DNA of 63,790 nt, counting the filler, from Reclinomonas americana ATCC 50394 (lineage: Eukaryota), in NCBI GenBank assembly GCA_048213135.1. It is 7 parts of 3 records of this genome, joined end to end, with 100 filler letters (N's around TTAATTAATTAA, not from the genome) between each part and the next. Parts side by side here need not be neighbours in the genome. Positions count along the whole stretch, not along the records: positions 16,746 to 30,510 come from PS015156.1; positions 30,611 to 37,144 come from PS015156.1; positions 37,245 to 42,792 come from PS015156.1; 4 more parts are not named here. One strand, given 5' to 3'. Position 1 is the first letter of the stretch. Each line of letters opens with the position of its first letter. The notes under the pieces were generated by a model. It saw nothing but the letters and a program-made list of their open reading frames with translations, was not told the DNA's origin and made no database searches. Of the stretch, positions 25,501 to 37,961 are shown one piece after another. Made by a program: the position numbers and the translations under genes.

Positions 25501-27333
25501 CAGTATGCACTGGGATCGGAGATTGGCAAGGCACCGGCGTACACGCTGTCTGGTCGAACGTCGTTTGGCGATCCAATGGCGAAGAGCACCACACCAGGTG
25601 CGTTCTCTGGGTGATTGACGTGGATTGGGGTGATCTGTGCTCACCTACTCGGTGTTTGTAGGTGTCGGCGCGTATGAGATTCCAACGACACTGTCAAAGA
25701 CGGGATACACGATCAGTGGACGGTATCCGGAGCCCAAGGGTGCGTGTGGTCACAGAGAGTGTAGAGGGAGAGAGTGTGAGCACTGACGAGTGCGATTCAG
25801 GCAACGACACACCTGGACCGCAGTACGACGTGAGTGCTGACGCGGGGAAGGCCAAGGCGCCTGCATTCACGATTGGCGGATTGCCAGCGTCACAGAAGGC
25901 TGAGCTGGCACCTGGTCCTGGAGCGGTGAGTCGCATGAATGCAGAAGCAGCAGCAGNNNNNNNNNNNNNNNNNNNNNNNNNNNNNNNNNNNNNNNNNNNN
26001 NNNNNNNNNNNNNNNNNNNNNNNNNNNNNNNNNNNNNNNNNNNNNNNNNNNNNNNNNNNNNNNNNNNNNNNNNNNNNNNNNNNNNNNNNNNNNNNNNNNN
26101 NNNNNNNNNNNNNNNNNNNNNNNNNNNNNNNNNNNNNNNNNNNNNNNNNNNNNNNNNNNNNNNNNNNNNNNNNNNNNNNNNNNNNNNNNNNNNNNNNNNN
26201 NNNNNNNNNNNNNNNNNNNNNNNNNNNNNNNNNNNNNNNNNNNNNNNNNNNNNNNNNNNNNNNNNNNNNNNNNNNNNNNNNNNNNNNNNNNNNNNNNNNN
26301 NNNNNNNNNNNNNNNNNNNNNNNNNNNNNNNNNNNNNNNNNNNNNNNNNNNNNNNNNNNNNNNNNNNNNNNNNNNNNNNNNNNNNNNNNNNNNNNNNNNN
26401 NNNNNNNNNNNNNNNNNNNNNNNNNNNNNNNNNNNNNNNNNNNNNNNNNNNNNNNNNNNNNNNNNNNNNNNNNNNNNNNNNNNNNNNNNNNNNNNNNNNN
26501 NNNNNNNNNNNNNNNNNNNNNNNNNNNNNNNNNNNNNNNNNNNNNNNNNNNNNNNNNNNNNNNNNNNNNNNNNNNNNNNNNNNNNNNNNNNNNNNNNNNN
26601 NNNNNNNNNNNNNNNNNNNNNNNNNNNNNNNNNNNNNNNNNNNNNNNNNNNNNNNNNNNNNNNNNNNNNNNNNNNNNNNNNNNNNNNNNNNNNNNNNNNN
26701 NNNNNNNNNNNNNNNNNNNNNNNNNNNNNNNNNNNNNNNNNNNNNNNNNNNNNNNNNNNNNNNNNNNNNNNNNNNNNNNNNNNNNNNNNNNNNNNNNNNN
26801 NNNNNNNNNNNNNNNNNNNNNNNNNNNNNNNNNNNNNNNNNNNNNNNNNNNNNNNNNNNNNNNNNNNNNNNNNNNNNNNNNNNNNNNNNNNNNNNNNNNN
26901 NNNNNNNNNNNNNNNNNNNNNNNNNNNNNNNNNNNNNNNNNNNNNNNNNNNNNNNTGATCCAATGGCGAAGAGCACCACACCAGGTGTGTACTCATTTGT
27001 CTGGGATGTGGATTGGGGTGATGTGTGCTCACCTACTCGGTGCAGGCGTCGGCGCGTATGAGATTCCAACGACACTGTCCAAGACGGGATACACGATCAG
27101 TGGACGGTATCCGGAGCCCAAGGGTGCGTGCGGTCGCAGAGAGGGTAGAGGAGAGAGAGAAAGAAATAAGCAGAGTAGTGCTGTGAGTGCTTACGAGTGC
27201 GATTCAGGCAACGACACACCTGGACCGCAGTACGACGTGAGTGCTGACGCAGGGAAGGCCAAGGCGCCTGCATTCACGATTGGTGGACTGCCAGCGTCAC
27301 AGAAGGCTGAGCTGGCACCTGGTCCAGGAGCGG
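22555..27333 (+). repeat. About 870-895 bp tandem exon-intron module, at least 5 copies (exon starts 22555, 23450, 24933, 25801, 27208)
   Basis: Near-identical GCAACGACACACCTGGACCGCAGTACGACG exons with closely similar flanking introns; one fragment (24203-24680) is assembled reversed. Confidence 0.9.
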
Positions 27334-29009
27334 TGAGTCGCGATATCGCAGCACCTCGTGTGAGATCCGTGCTGACAATCACTTGTGTGCCCAGTACGAC
27401 GTCTCGCTACCGCATAGTGGCGGTTTCACTATTGCAGGGCGACATGCAGAGCAGGAACCCATGCAAACACCGGCTCCCAAGTACGATGTCTTGGAGCCTC
27501 TTGGCAAGTCGGCGCCGGCATTCTCCATGGCCGGTCGCTCGCCAGTCAAGTACGAGTCGCTTGCACCGGGTCCTGGAGCTCACCAGGTCTCGGATGCTGC
27601 TGTGCGCCCCGCAACGCCGAGCTGGACAATGTCGGCACGGCATCATGAGCCATCAGGTGGTGGCAGTGACGCTGGTCCCGGTCAATGTGAGAGCAATCTT
27701 GCTGCCATGCATTCCTCTCACGGATCACTGTGCTGAACCGTTTTGTTTGGCGCAGACGACTTGGGCACCACCGTTGGCGTGGCTCCTGCGTACTCGATTT
27801 CAGGCAGACATGGCGACACATTTGGCTCGAACAACATCCCTGGTTCGTGTGGACCTTGTCAACCAGAAGCGCTTCTCTGCTTATCGGAGTGTTGCTTCTC
27901 GTGATGTAGGTCCTGGTGCGTACTCGCCAGTGCGTCCGAGTAGCACCCCGGCGTTCACAATGGCAGGCGTGCACGGTTCTGTTTTCGGTGCGTGTTGTTT
28001 CCTTTTGCCTTTCTGGTTTCGTGCAGTTTTACTTATGTGTGCCTGCGTGTTGGCGGAAATAGGCAACGGATCGGCTGCTCCTGGTCCTGGTTCGTTATTT
28101 TGACACACACACACACGGCAGCACGCCCGGCTGTAGTTGGGAATGGAATCTCACGCTCGTGAGAAAATGCAGGTGCCTACGACGTGCTGGGAGCAATGCG
28201 GCCATCGACTCCAGCCTACACAATGGGCGGATTCCCTTCGTCTCGCACGCACACGGTGAGTGGACACGTGACGACGGTGGTAGTCGGAACTGCTCATTGG
28301 CATCTTACTTTGTATGTCGATCGTGCGCGCAGGGTGCGTTCGACACTCCCGGAGCCGGCACGTACGACGTCAATGTTGGCCCGCAAGGACCGGCGTACAC
28401 GATTGCTCAACGACTACCGGAGCCGCGCACAGGTGTGTCAAGCGATGCATGCCGCTGTTCGGCGGTGCAACCTCACTCAATTAGCGCCCTGTCAGATCGC
28501 TTGCCTGGCCCCGGCGAATATGCCGTGCGTGGCACTCTGTGGAAGACCGAAGGAGCGTCGATGAAGGGTCGGCATCCGGAACCGAAGCCAGATATCAACC
28601 CTGGCCCGGCATGGTTCGTGTGCTGCAACTGCTTGAAGGGTTTTGTGAGCACCACATGACTTACATTTCTTCGAACGCCTTGCAGGTACAGTCCAGAGGT
28701 GACTCCCGTCAAGCGTCGCAGTGCTGCATGGACCATGGGCAAACGTACGCCGCTGCCGGAAAATGCAAATCCAGTGGTTCGTCTATGTGCTGAAACATCT
28801 TCCCCGTCGACAACGGTAGGTCTCACCCACCACTGCTCGTGCAGGGACCGGGAGCACATGATCCTCATCCGCTGGACACAACCCTTAGCTTTAGCTTTGG
28901 CGTTCGCACGCCTCTCAAGATGGACGACGCTTCGCCGGGTCCAGCAGCCTACAACCCCGAGCTGCGCAGCTCGGCGCCAGCGTACGGATTCGGTACTGAA
29001 CCATGTTGA
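22555..29009 (+). CDS. ODF3/SHIPPO-repeat (PGPGxY) axonemal protein, with internally amplified 4-exon module; 5' end missing
   Basis: Dozens of PGP(G/Q)xY repeats with intervening PA(F/Y/W)(T/S)(I/M)(G/S)xR motifs; GT-AG introns keep the frame. Confidence 0.88.
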
Positions 29010-29086
29010 TTTACAACAGAAAAGCTTCTCGAAGAAATGTATCATGTTTACTCTGTTTTGGTGTACGTGATGAGAATCAAAGCTGG

Positions 29087-30451
29087 TCACAGCTTGAGCC
29101 ACTTGGGCTTGGCACCGGAGCCGCCACGAGGTGCACCAGAAGACGACGACGAGGACGATCCGCCGGCACCAGACGCCTGGAGAGATGGGATGAACACGTC
29201 AATAAGCACGCACATGTCACTTTTGCCAAGCAGCTCCGCACACAAACCTGCCCGCCGCTGCCGTCAGCCGCAGACTCTGCCCGGCTGCCGAGTCTGCGCG
29301 GACCTGCAGACGTGACCAGCCGACTGGGGGCCGGATCACCCAATCGCCTGCCACCACCGGACGACGAACCCGCCGAGGACGACGATCCACTGCCACTGGC
29401 TGCCGATGGTGACCCCCGAGCAGCGGCTGCCGGTGGTGTCTCGGCTTGCGCAACAAACGGACGCGGTGGTGGGCTGGTCGCCTCCTCCAACACCTCGGGC
29501 TTCAGAAGCTCCACGGCCGAGCCAGCTGCACAACAAGCAGTGAGTTCGTGGAGACAAGGCACGGCACACACACACACACACATGCACGCACCGTCACTCT
29601 TGAAAACGACCACCGTGGACGGCACCAGGCCTGCTTGCCGGAATGTGAGCGTCTCGTCGGTCACCGTAGAGGCCGTGGAGGTGGGAATGGCTGCAGAGTG
29701 ACGATTGATGAGACTACTGCGGAGCTTGTTGAGCATTTCTCTCACTCACCGACGCAGAACGGGATCCACGGATCGCGCAAATGGCTGCGGATAAAGTCGA
29801 ACAGCTCGCGCACAAGTTCATCGGAGCGATACGTTGCTTGCAGCATGAGACCGTTGCCGAACTTGACTCGAACGGTTGTCTGCCGCGACGAGTGGAAGTG
29901 AGGCACACAGGCACAACAACCAGCAACAACAGGGTAACCGCACCGGCACCAACGACGTGTCCTCGGGAGCTGGTCCTCCGCGACGGCGGAAGGTCGTGTG
30001 CACACGGGCAGCCAGGCTGTCGGCGGCCAGCAGCAAATCCTCGGGAGTGACCTCGAAGAAGTCATCCGACTCGTCGGGATCGGGAACTGCGTCGTTCACG
30101 CGCGTTGGCAACAACAGGCAGACAACACACCGACAACACGTGACATGAACGCACTAGCACCAACAGCGGCCGGCACACGATACACGCCGGCTTGCCGCGC
30201 AATCGTTCCAGGAGAGGCGGGAGCCGGAGGTGGCGCCGTGGAGTCGACTGCCATGGGTGTGACGGCACTGCATCACACGCACAATGTTCAGTTCCTCTGA
30301 GTGGACAGGTGGGAGCACACAGGTATCATGGTCATACCTGCCAGACGCTGTAGAACCGGCGGCGGCGGCGGCGGCAGCAGCAGCGGCAGCGGCAGCGGCA
30401 GCAGGCGCCGCAACCACTGGCTCGGGCACTCGGGCAGCCTCAAAGGACAAC
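29087..30451 (-). CDS. UBX-domain p97/Cdc48 cofactor of the ASPL/TUG/PUX1 type; 5' end missing
   Basis: DESDDFFEVTPEDL, TTVRVKFGNGLMLQATYRSDE..LFDFIR, TFRQAGLVPSTVV, C-terminal KPKWLKL*. Confidence 0.85.
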
Positions 30452-30672
30452 CTACACGCGACAACAGCCTGTGAGTCATCGAGAGCATCGCCTAGCCCGC
30501 TCCTCCCTCGNNNNNNNNNNNNNNNNNNNNNNNNNNNNNNNNNNNNNNNNNNNNTTAATTAATTAANNNNNNNNNNNNNNNNNNNNNNNNNNNNNNNNNN
30601 NNNNNNNNNNTGTGCGCCGTCTTGATACCAGCAGCGACAGCGGCACAGTCTTCTCACGTGAGTTGCATGCAG

Positions 30673-33600
30673 GGCTGGCACCGGTGCGATCGTCGCGACA
30701 GGACTACATCCACAGCTCGATCGTGTCGACGCTTCTGGCGCTCATGGACGGTCTCGACAGCAGAGGTGAGTGAGTGAGTGACCGCCGTGTGTGCTGACGA
30801 AGGAGTCGCTGACAGCGTGTGGTTGTTCGTCCGATGCAGGCCAAGTGATTATCATTGGCGCCACCAACCGACCCGATGCTGTCGACCCCGCATTGCGTCG
30901 CCCCGGTCGCTTTGACCGCGAGTTTCTCTTCCCGTTGCCAACAAGGGATGCGCGCGGAACGATTCTCGACATCCACACGCGCAACTGGAAGGCGCAGCCG
31001 TCTGCGGAACTGCGCGAAATCATTGCCACCAAGACCGTCGGCTACTGTGGTGCCGACATCAAGGTGCTTTGTCACACACACACACACACACACACTTGCG
31101 TCTCCCACTATGCATCCTAACACTGGTGCATATCGTGCAGGCATTGTGCTCCGAGGCGGCGCTCAGTGCACTGCGTCGCTCATTCCCCGAGGTGTACGCC
31201 ACGGACGACAAGCTCGACTTGGACGTCACCGATGTCGAGGTCAGCGAGTCGGACTTTTTCGCCGCGCTGAAGAATATCCTTTTTTCTTGTCACGCCTCGA
31301 CTGTGTGTGATGTCGCGTTTGTCGCCATGTTACTCCTTGACTCGACAGTGCACAGCTGACGCCTGCAGCTCATCGTGCCGCGAGCGTACACAGCCGGGCC
31401 CTGCCGTCAGCCTTTCAGACGGCGTTCGCCCCGCAGCTGCTTCAGATTGCGAGGCGTCTGGCCAGTGTGTTTCCGGTGCCCTCGTTGCTGCGCCACTTGC
31501 GTCGTTGCGTCGCATGTGTGGTTCGTTTGTTTGTCCACAGTTTTTGCTCATGTCTTCTTTCCTACACGACAGTCCTGCAAGGCGACGAAAGCCACAGCAG
31601 CACCGACGCGTCACCGTTTGAGAATCGGCTTGGTACGTTCTCTTGCAGTTGATGTGGTTATTGTTGAGTGCTGTACTCACGTGTGCGCTTGGGGGGTCGT
31701 CAGACTTGTTCGTGCGACCCGCATTTGTGATTGCCGGTGAACGGGGTTCGGGTGAAACATCTCTGATCGCCCCGGCTGTGTTGCACGTTGCGCTCGCCGA
31801 TCTGTTTTTTATGTGCATTGAGTGACTTGACCACTCTCTCACCTCACTGAGTGTGCCGTGTGTGCTGCTGCAGATTCTGGAGGAGGTGCCGGTGTTTTCT
31901 GTGGACGTGCAAAGCATGCTGATGAATCCAATCTCCAAGGTGAGCATGGTGTTGTCGGTGCGACCTGTCTCCCCTTGCTCATGCTGGCGTGTTGTGCAGT
32001 CGATAGAGGAGTCCATGGCACAAATGTTTCAGGAGGCGCGTGCTCACGCACCATCGATCGTGTACCTGCCGCACCTGGATCGCATCTGGAAGAACGGTGG
32101 GGAGTGAGGAAGTTCTCTCTCTCTCTCTCGCTTTGCCTTCTGTCGGCTCATACACTCGTGTGTGTGTGTCTCGTGCAGGCTCCGAAGCGACACGACAACT
32201 GATTGTCTCGCAGTTTGAGGACACGGACCCGCGGCTCCCTGTGCTTCTGCTGGCCACATGCACGGTGCCGCAGGCTGATGATGCAGTATCGGAACTGGAG
32301 GCCGAAGAAATGGTGGAGAGGGTTCTGCCGGACGACCTCGTGTGTGTGCTGGATCCTAGCGCGCAGCATTTTGTGCGCCGTCTCCACGCCGTTGCGTACA
32401 TCCTGTTTGCATTTTCCTCTGCACCCAGCGCCGACTCACACTCGTACGCGCAGGAGGAGCGGGAGTCGATGTTTGTCGAGCTCTTTAGTCTGCTGCGCAC
32501 GGATCCATTGCAACAGAGTGGCGGTGCGCCGAAGAAGGTGAAAAAGGTGAGCGCGCTTATTGCTCTCCGTCGCCGCACCATGGAGGAGTAAACTTCGTTG
32601 CTGTGCAGAGCCGCAAGCCGGCCAAGGCGCAGCCCGAAAAGCCTGCGACTCTGACGCTGGAGCAGAAGAGAACGTTGCGACGAGTGGAGGAAGGCGTCTT
32701 GCGCGAACTGCGCATCCTCCTGCGCGACTTGGTACTGAAGCTCGTCGCGGACAACAAATTCCGAGCGTTTGTGCAGCCTGTCGTTGCGTGAGTCGATTCG
32801 TGGCGGTGCCGTGTCGCGAAATGCCCACCAATTTGTCGCAGGATCTGGAAGAGGTCCCGGATTACATGGATTATGTCACCAAGCCGCTGTGTCTGAACGA
32901 CATTCTGGACCGCATCGAGGACGGTCGGTACACTGACATCGCAAGGTTGGAATCACTGGTGTACACACGCGTATCACATGTGCTCACTCCTTTCGGTTTG
33001 GCAGTTTCATGGACGACCTTGGACAGATTGTCGACAACGTGGAAGCGTACAACAATGCGAATGACAACAACGGTCGTCGCCTGCTCCATCGGGTGCGCAC
33101 TTCTTCTATGCTCTGTGTCCCAGTCGTGAGTGATTGCCTAATTTTTTCTTGCCTGCAGTCCAAGGCCATGTGGGATGTGGCGCTCTCGGAAGTGAACCGA
33201 TTCCACCGTGGCCTGCTGCGCATGTGCAACGAGATTACGACGCGGCGAGCCACCGATGCCGACAACAAGAAGCTGGAAGAAGAGGAGCTCGCAGAAGTAC
33301 GCGAGGCACCTCCAAGTAGCGGTGAGTCGATTGGCGAACGTGCTTCTGTGCTTCCGACTCACTTGTGCTCACCGCCGACTGCCCAGCGTACAAAGCCGGC
33401 CTACGCTTCAGCGCACGACTGGCGAGAAAGGAGGCCGACGAGGTGCCACTGCCGTCGACCGGCCGGGCACGTGCAGGTATGGAGGCCATCGAGGCGGCGG
33501 CGGCGGCTGCCATTGCCGCCGGGGCTGTAGAAATGGCCGAAGAGGACATGGAGATGCTGGGGGTGGCCAAGAGTGCGAGTGCCTCAGCGAGGTCGGGTTC

Positions 33601-34476
33601 CTTGTCGTCGTCGCTGCGGTCATCGCCGACGTCACTGTCGTCGGCGGCGGCTGCGCCACCACCTGTTAGCCGGCGACGCGTGCTGCATGACGAAGAGGAA
33701 GAAGAGGAGGAGGACAAGGAGGAGAAGGAGGAGGAGGAGGATGAAAAGGAGAAAGGCCAACCTCCGGCCGAGCAGGAGGAGGCGGAGGACGAGGAGGAGG
33801 ACGAAGAGCAGGAGAGGAAAGAAGAAGACCGTGACGGTGAGGATGTGGAAATGTCGGCAGAAGTGGTTGTCTCGGTGGTATCGACTGCGATTGTGGACGA
33901 GGAGTCTGTGCACTCGGAGCGTGAGGACGGCGACGAGATGCGCGTGGACGGGGAGGAGGCGGCGTCGGGGCACGCGGAGAAGGAGACTGGCGATGTGCCG
34001 ATGGAGCAAGAGGCTGCGTCGGCTGTGGATCAGGGTGGCCACGATGATGATGTGGAGGGGAAGCACGAAGAAGGTCAAGAAGTAGAGGAGGACGAAGAAG
34101 AGGAGGAAGAGGAGGAAGAGGAGGTACCCGACGTTGTCGTGGAGCCGCTGGTGCTGGACGAGAGCGACCTGGAGGAGCTCGGCAGGCAACTGGTCGCCGG
34201 AACAGACGGCTGGCAAGCGGACGCACTGGAACGACTGTTGGGTGCGCTCTCCAAGTGCCTGCATGCTGCGCCACCTTCACGCGATCGGAGACCCTTGGTT
34301 AAGGTGTGTGCTGTGTGCCGGAAGTCAGTCGAGTGCCTGCTGCTGACCTTTTGCGATTCGTGCAGTCGTTGTTCCGCATTCTCGATGTGGAGGTGGAGCG
34401 TGAGAAGCGACTGCAAGCTGCACGACGTCGAGCAGCTGCCCGAGCACACGAGCTTGAGGCCGCTGGCGACTCATGA
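30673..34476 (+). CDS. ATAD2: ATAD2/Yta7-family AAA+ ATPase with bromodomain; N-terminal part missing
   Basis: GLAPVRSSRQDYIHSSIVSTLLALMDGLDSRG|QVIIIGATNRPDAVDPALRRPGRFDREF, GYCGADIK|ALC, degenerate AAA2 (PSIVYLPHLDRIW), bromodomain FVQPV|DLEEVPDY..VDNVEAYN, acidic tail. Confidence 0.95.
31274..31353 (+). other. U12-type (minor spliceosome) AT-AC intron, 80 nt, in ATAD2
   Basis: 5' ATATCCTTTT, branch TCCTTGAC at 31334-31341, terminal AC 13 nt after the branch A; removal gives in-frame FAALKKLTPAAHR. Confidence 0.92.
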
Positions 34477-34554
34477 CCACCTGAATGAATGAAAGACAAC
34501 TCCGTGTCCCGCCGTCCACGTGTTTTCTTACTTACGTATCTCAAACGCAACGCC

Positions 34555-35653
34555 ATGGCGACCGCCGAAGGGTTCCTGCCGTGGTGCTTCCCACTGGCTC
34601 TGCTTGCTGGTCAGTCAAGGGCGAAAAGTCGCAGCAAACCAATCTCTCTCTCTCTCTCTCACACACAAAACATGCACACGCAGCGATGGCCTTCCCGACC
34701 ATTTTCTACATCAGTGAGGTGTTCCTGCGGCGCGTGTTGACCCACCAAGTGTGGGGTCGCCTGCGTACGAGTGTCGACCGCGCAGAAGCCCCCAATCGCG
34801 TCTCGTCGTCCACACACTCGGCCTTGTGTGCCATCCTCGCTCTCTGGTTGACTCATGGTGTCGCCGGCGGTGCGGACAGCACCGAGGTGCTGTGTGGAGG
34901 TCTGACGTTGCATGAGTGGCGAGTGGTCGTGGTGTCCATCTCGTTGGGGTACTTTGTGCAGTCGTACGCGGGCATGTTGGTGCGCTCCAGTGATTTGCTC
35001 GACTCGCCACTGCGTGTGGCGCATCATCTCGTGGCCGCCTTCGGATACATGGTGTTCCTGTTGCAGCCGCAGGGAGCGTACTACCCGGTGTACTTGTTGC
35101 AGACGGAGGTAAGTGCGGAAAGGAGTTGTCGCCGCGGAAAGGCCTCGCCAATCACTCTACTTGTCTCGCTCAGGCCACCACCCCATTCATCAACTGGATG
35201 CTGTTCATGCGTGGCCTGAAGCAGCACCAGCCACTGTCGCTGCTCGAACGCATCAACGGCTTGTGGGTGCTGGTGGCGTGGATGGTGTTCCGCTTGCTGG
35301 CCTTCACACTTTTGTTCGTCTACGGACCGTTCACGCTGAGCTTCAGCCTCAGCAGTGGAGGTGCGTATTCGTGTAGGAACCAAGATGCATCTCTGCTCTC
35401 GCCGCCACGCTCCTCACTCTGCGCAGTATCCATGATATCGCTGCCTGCGTCGGTGGTGCCGCGCTTCTACGACCTGCCAATCGCCAGCCAAGTGGCTCTA
35501 GGCACGAATTACGCCGTGCTCGGCTGCCTCAACGTCTACTGGTTCATTCGACTCCTCGCCGGCTTTGCCAAGGCCATCAGCGGCAAGAAGAAGGCGGCGG
35601 TGAGCAGCTCACCACCAGCACCCGCTGTCAAAAAGGACACCAAGCACGAGTGA
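34555..35653 (+). CDS. TLC (TRAM/LAG1/CLN8) domain membrane protein, 4 exons
   Basis: NRVSSSTHS, SLGYF, AHHL, LQTE|ATTPFIN, WMVFRL, LNVYWF; multiple hydrophobic helices. Confidence 0.88.
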
Positions 35654-35698
35654 AGCGTCGCTTTTCTCTCTCTCCATGTTCACTCGCGGTGGCATGCG

Positions 35699-36257
35699 CT
35701 ATTGATGTGGTGGTGGTGGTGGTGGCAGAGGCACGAGCGACGACTCCAAGTGCGCCTGCACTGCCCCAATGAGCTCATCGACCTCGCGCTGCACCTTGGC
35801 CAGCCCGTCGCGACCGTCGCGCATCTCCTGTGTGCACAGTCGATCGGCCTCCTCCACGCGCGCACTCAGCACCTCCGTGTCGTGCAACAGTGAGGTGTGT
35901 CGCAGCTGTTGCACGCGACGCAGCAGCCGGTGACACCGATCCACAATCAGTGTGCTGTACGTCTGCACATCGAGCAGGCCCTTCTCCGTGTTGCTGTGTG
36001 TGGGGAACTGAGACAAGAGAGGAGAAGGAGAGAGTAGTTAGTCCCTTGTGTGTGTGTGTGCATGCGTGTGTGTCTCTCTCGCCCACCTGGAAGCTGCCGA
36101 TCAGCGACTCAAACTTCTCCGCCATCGAGGTGAAGTCACGCGACACATCTGCGCAGAGAGTCACACGCTGCACACACACACGCGCGCACAGACACACACA
36201 CGCACCTTGCACATCCTTCTGAATGCGCTGCCTCCACAGCAGCTGCGCTTGCGACAT
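35699..36257 (-). CDS. MED22: Probable Mediator subunit 22 (SURF5-like), 3 exons
   Basis: Spliced QRIQKDVQDVSRDF..LIVDRCHRLLRRVQQLRHTSLLHD..REVDELI..LESS resembles, from memory, the MED22 pattern (IV...L..LV..LK..L.L.D; terminal SS); no search run. Confidence 0.55.
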
Positions 36258-36322
36258 GTATAGTATGTCAACAATAGTGTGTCCTGCACGATTTTCCCCT
36301 CCGTCCTGTCGCTCCGTCTGTC

Positions 36323-37144
36323 ATGGGAGCTGCCACCAGCGCTGAGCACGATGGCGCGGCTGCGAATCACCCACGGGACACACCTCCACTGGCACACATG
36401 GTACTTGATGGCGGAGGGCCCGAGCTGCGCCAGTGTGAGCTGCGTCGCTATCAACACTACCAGCACGCAAGCACGAGCATTCCGAGGCGCGGTGCCAGCT
36501 TGCAAGTCGCCCTCTCTTTGCCGCTGCTGGAGGGTGTGGTTCCTACCTCGGCGCCGGCATCTTCACAGCGACGAGCACCTTCGTCTGTGACACAACATCG
36601 TGCACGACTGACGGAGCAAGCGTACGCGATGCAACTGCAACAGCTGCTGGCTGTTGTGGGAGACCGGCATGAGCACGATGGTAGCCTTCGCGTGTTTGAC
36701 GCGCAGAGTGGAACTCCGCTGGTGACCATTCCGATGCGTGGCAGCAGTGATGGAGGTGCTGCTGCTGCTGCTTCCACGAAGAAGCCGGCCAAGGTGCGGG
36801 CGGTGGTGTTTGTGCCCGACCAGCGACCACCTGTGCGTCTCGCGTGTGCGTTTACGGAGGGGCGAGTGCGGAGCTACGTCTCGCTGTGGTCTGTCTCGGC
36901 CACTGCCACGGCGCAGCTGGAGTGGATGTCGTCGAACACCACAACTTTTGAGCATCCTGTACACTCGCTGGCTGTGACGCGGGGCAAGTACGGCAGACCA
37001 CAGTGGTTGTTCGCCGGCTCCGATGACGGCTCCATTGTGCAGTGCGAGGTGGCCAGCGGCCGCTCTGTGCGCCGATTCAATGAGAATCAGCAGCGAGTTA
37101 TTGCGCTGGGGCCATTCTCGCTGGCCGTGGATCCGTGCGTGTGT
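36323..37144 (+). CDS. WD40-like propeller protein with N-terminal MGxxxS myristoylation motif; truncated by scaffold end
   Basis: MGAATS start; GSLRVFD, VHSLAVT..LFAGSDDGSIVQCEVASGRSVRRF. Confidence 0.6.
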
Positions 37145-37269
37145 NNNNNNNNNNNNNNNNNNNNNNNNNNNNNNNNNNNNNNNNNNNNTTAATTAATTAA
37201 NNNNNNNNNNNNNNNNNNNNNNNNNNNNNNNNNNNNNNNNNNNNAACACAGTGCGTCGCCATCCTGCAG

Positions 37270-37800
37270 GGTCACATGGCCGTCGTCAACTCCGTGTGTG
37301 CGCTGTACGATGGCAAGATCGTTAGCAGCGCTGCCGACGGCACTGTGCGACTGTGGGATTCTGGTGCGTGCTTGTGAGACTCACAGACTTTTGCGCGCGC
37401 GCGTGTGTGTGTACTGCTCCCAGTTCTGATCAAAAGTCCAGGATCCTGGAGTGCACTATGCATGCTGCAAGCGGAGATGGTGATGATCTGTCGGGCACTC
37501 GACGCGCTTTACGACTTGTACGATGCCATTCGTTTGCGTCGTGTTGGCGAAAATCAGGGCACGGTGGGGGACGAAGTGCGAGCGGAGACGGAAATGGAGG
37601 AAGGGGAAGAGGAGGTTGACGATGATGCGGACTCGTTGCCGACGCTGGTGTTGCGTTGCTTCATTTTGGAGGATGCTCGTGTCCACTGTATTCAAGCAGA
37701 ATGCGTGGCTGCTGGTTTGTGTGTGTCCATGTCGAGTTCTGTTATTTTTGTCAATGTTGACCGCAGCTCACTCGATACGTGGTCGGCGCAGGTGTGGATT
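37270..37800 (+). CDS. WD40-repeat protein, C-terminal fragment
   Basis: GHMAVVNSVCALYDGKIVSSAADGTVRLWD is a full GH-WD repeat; downstream exon limits are uncertain. Confidence 0.6.
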
Positions 37801-37961
37801 CTGATAGCGACAGCTTGTAAATGTGTATACTCTCTCTCTCTCTCTCTCTCTGTTGCGATCAATCGAAATGAGCTGCTGAGCTTGACGCCTGCGTACATCA
37901 CGTCCATTCACTGTCGTCTGTACGTGTCTACTTATCTATCCCACACCGTTGTTGCTTCCAA

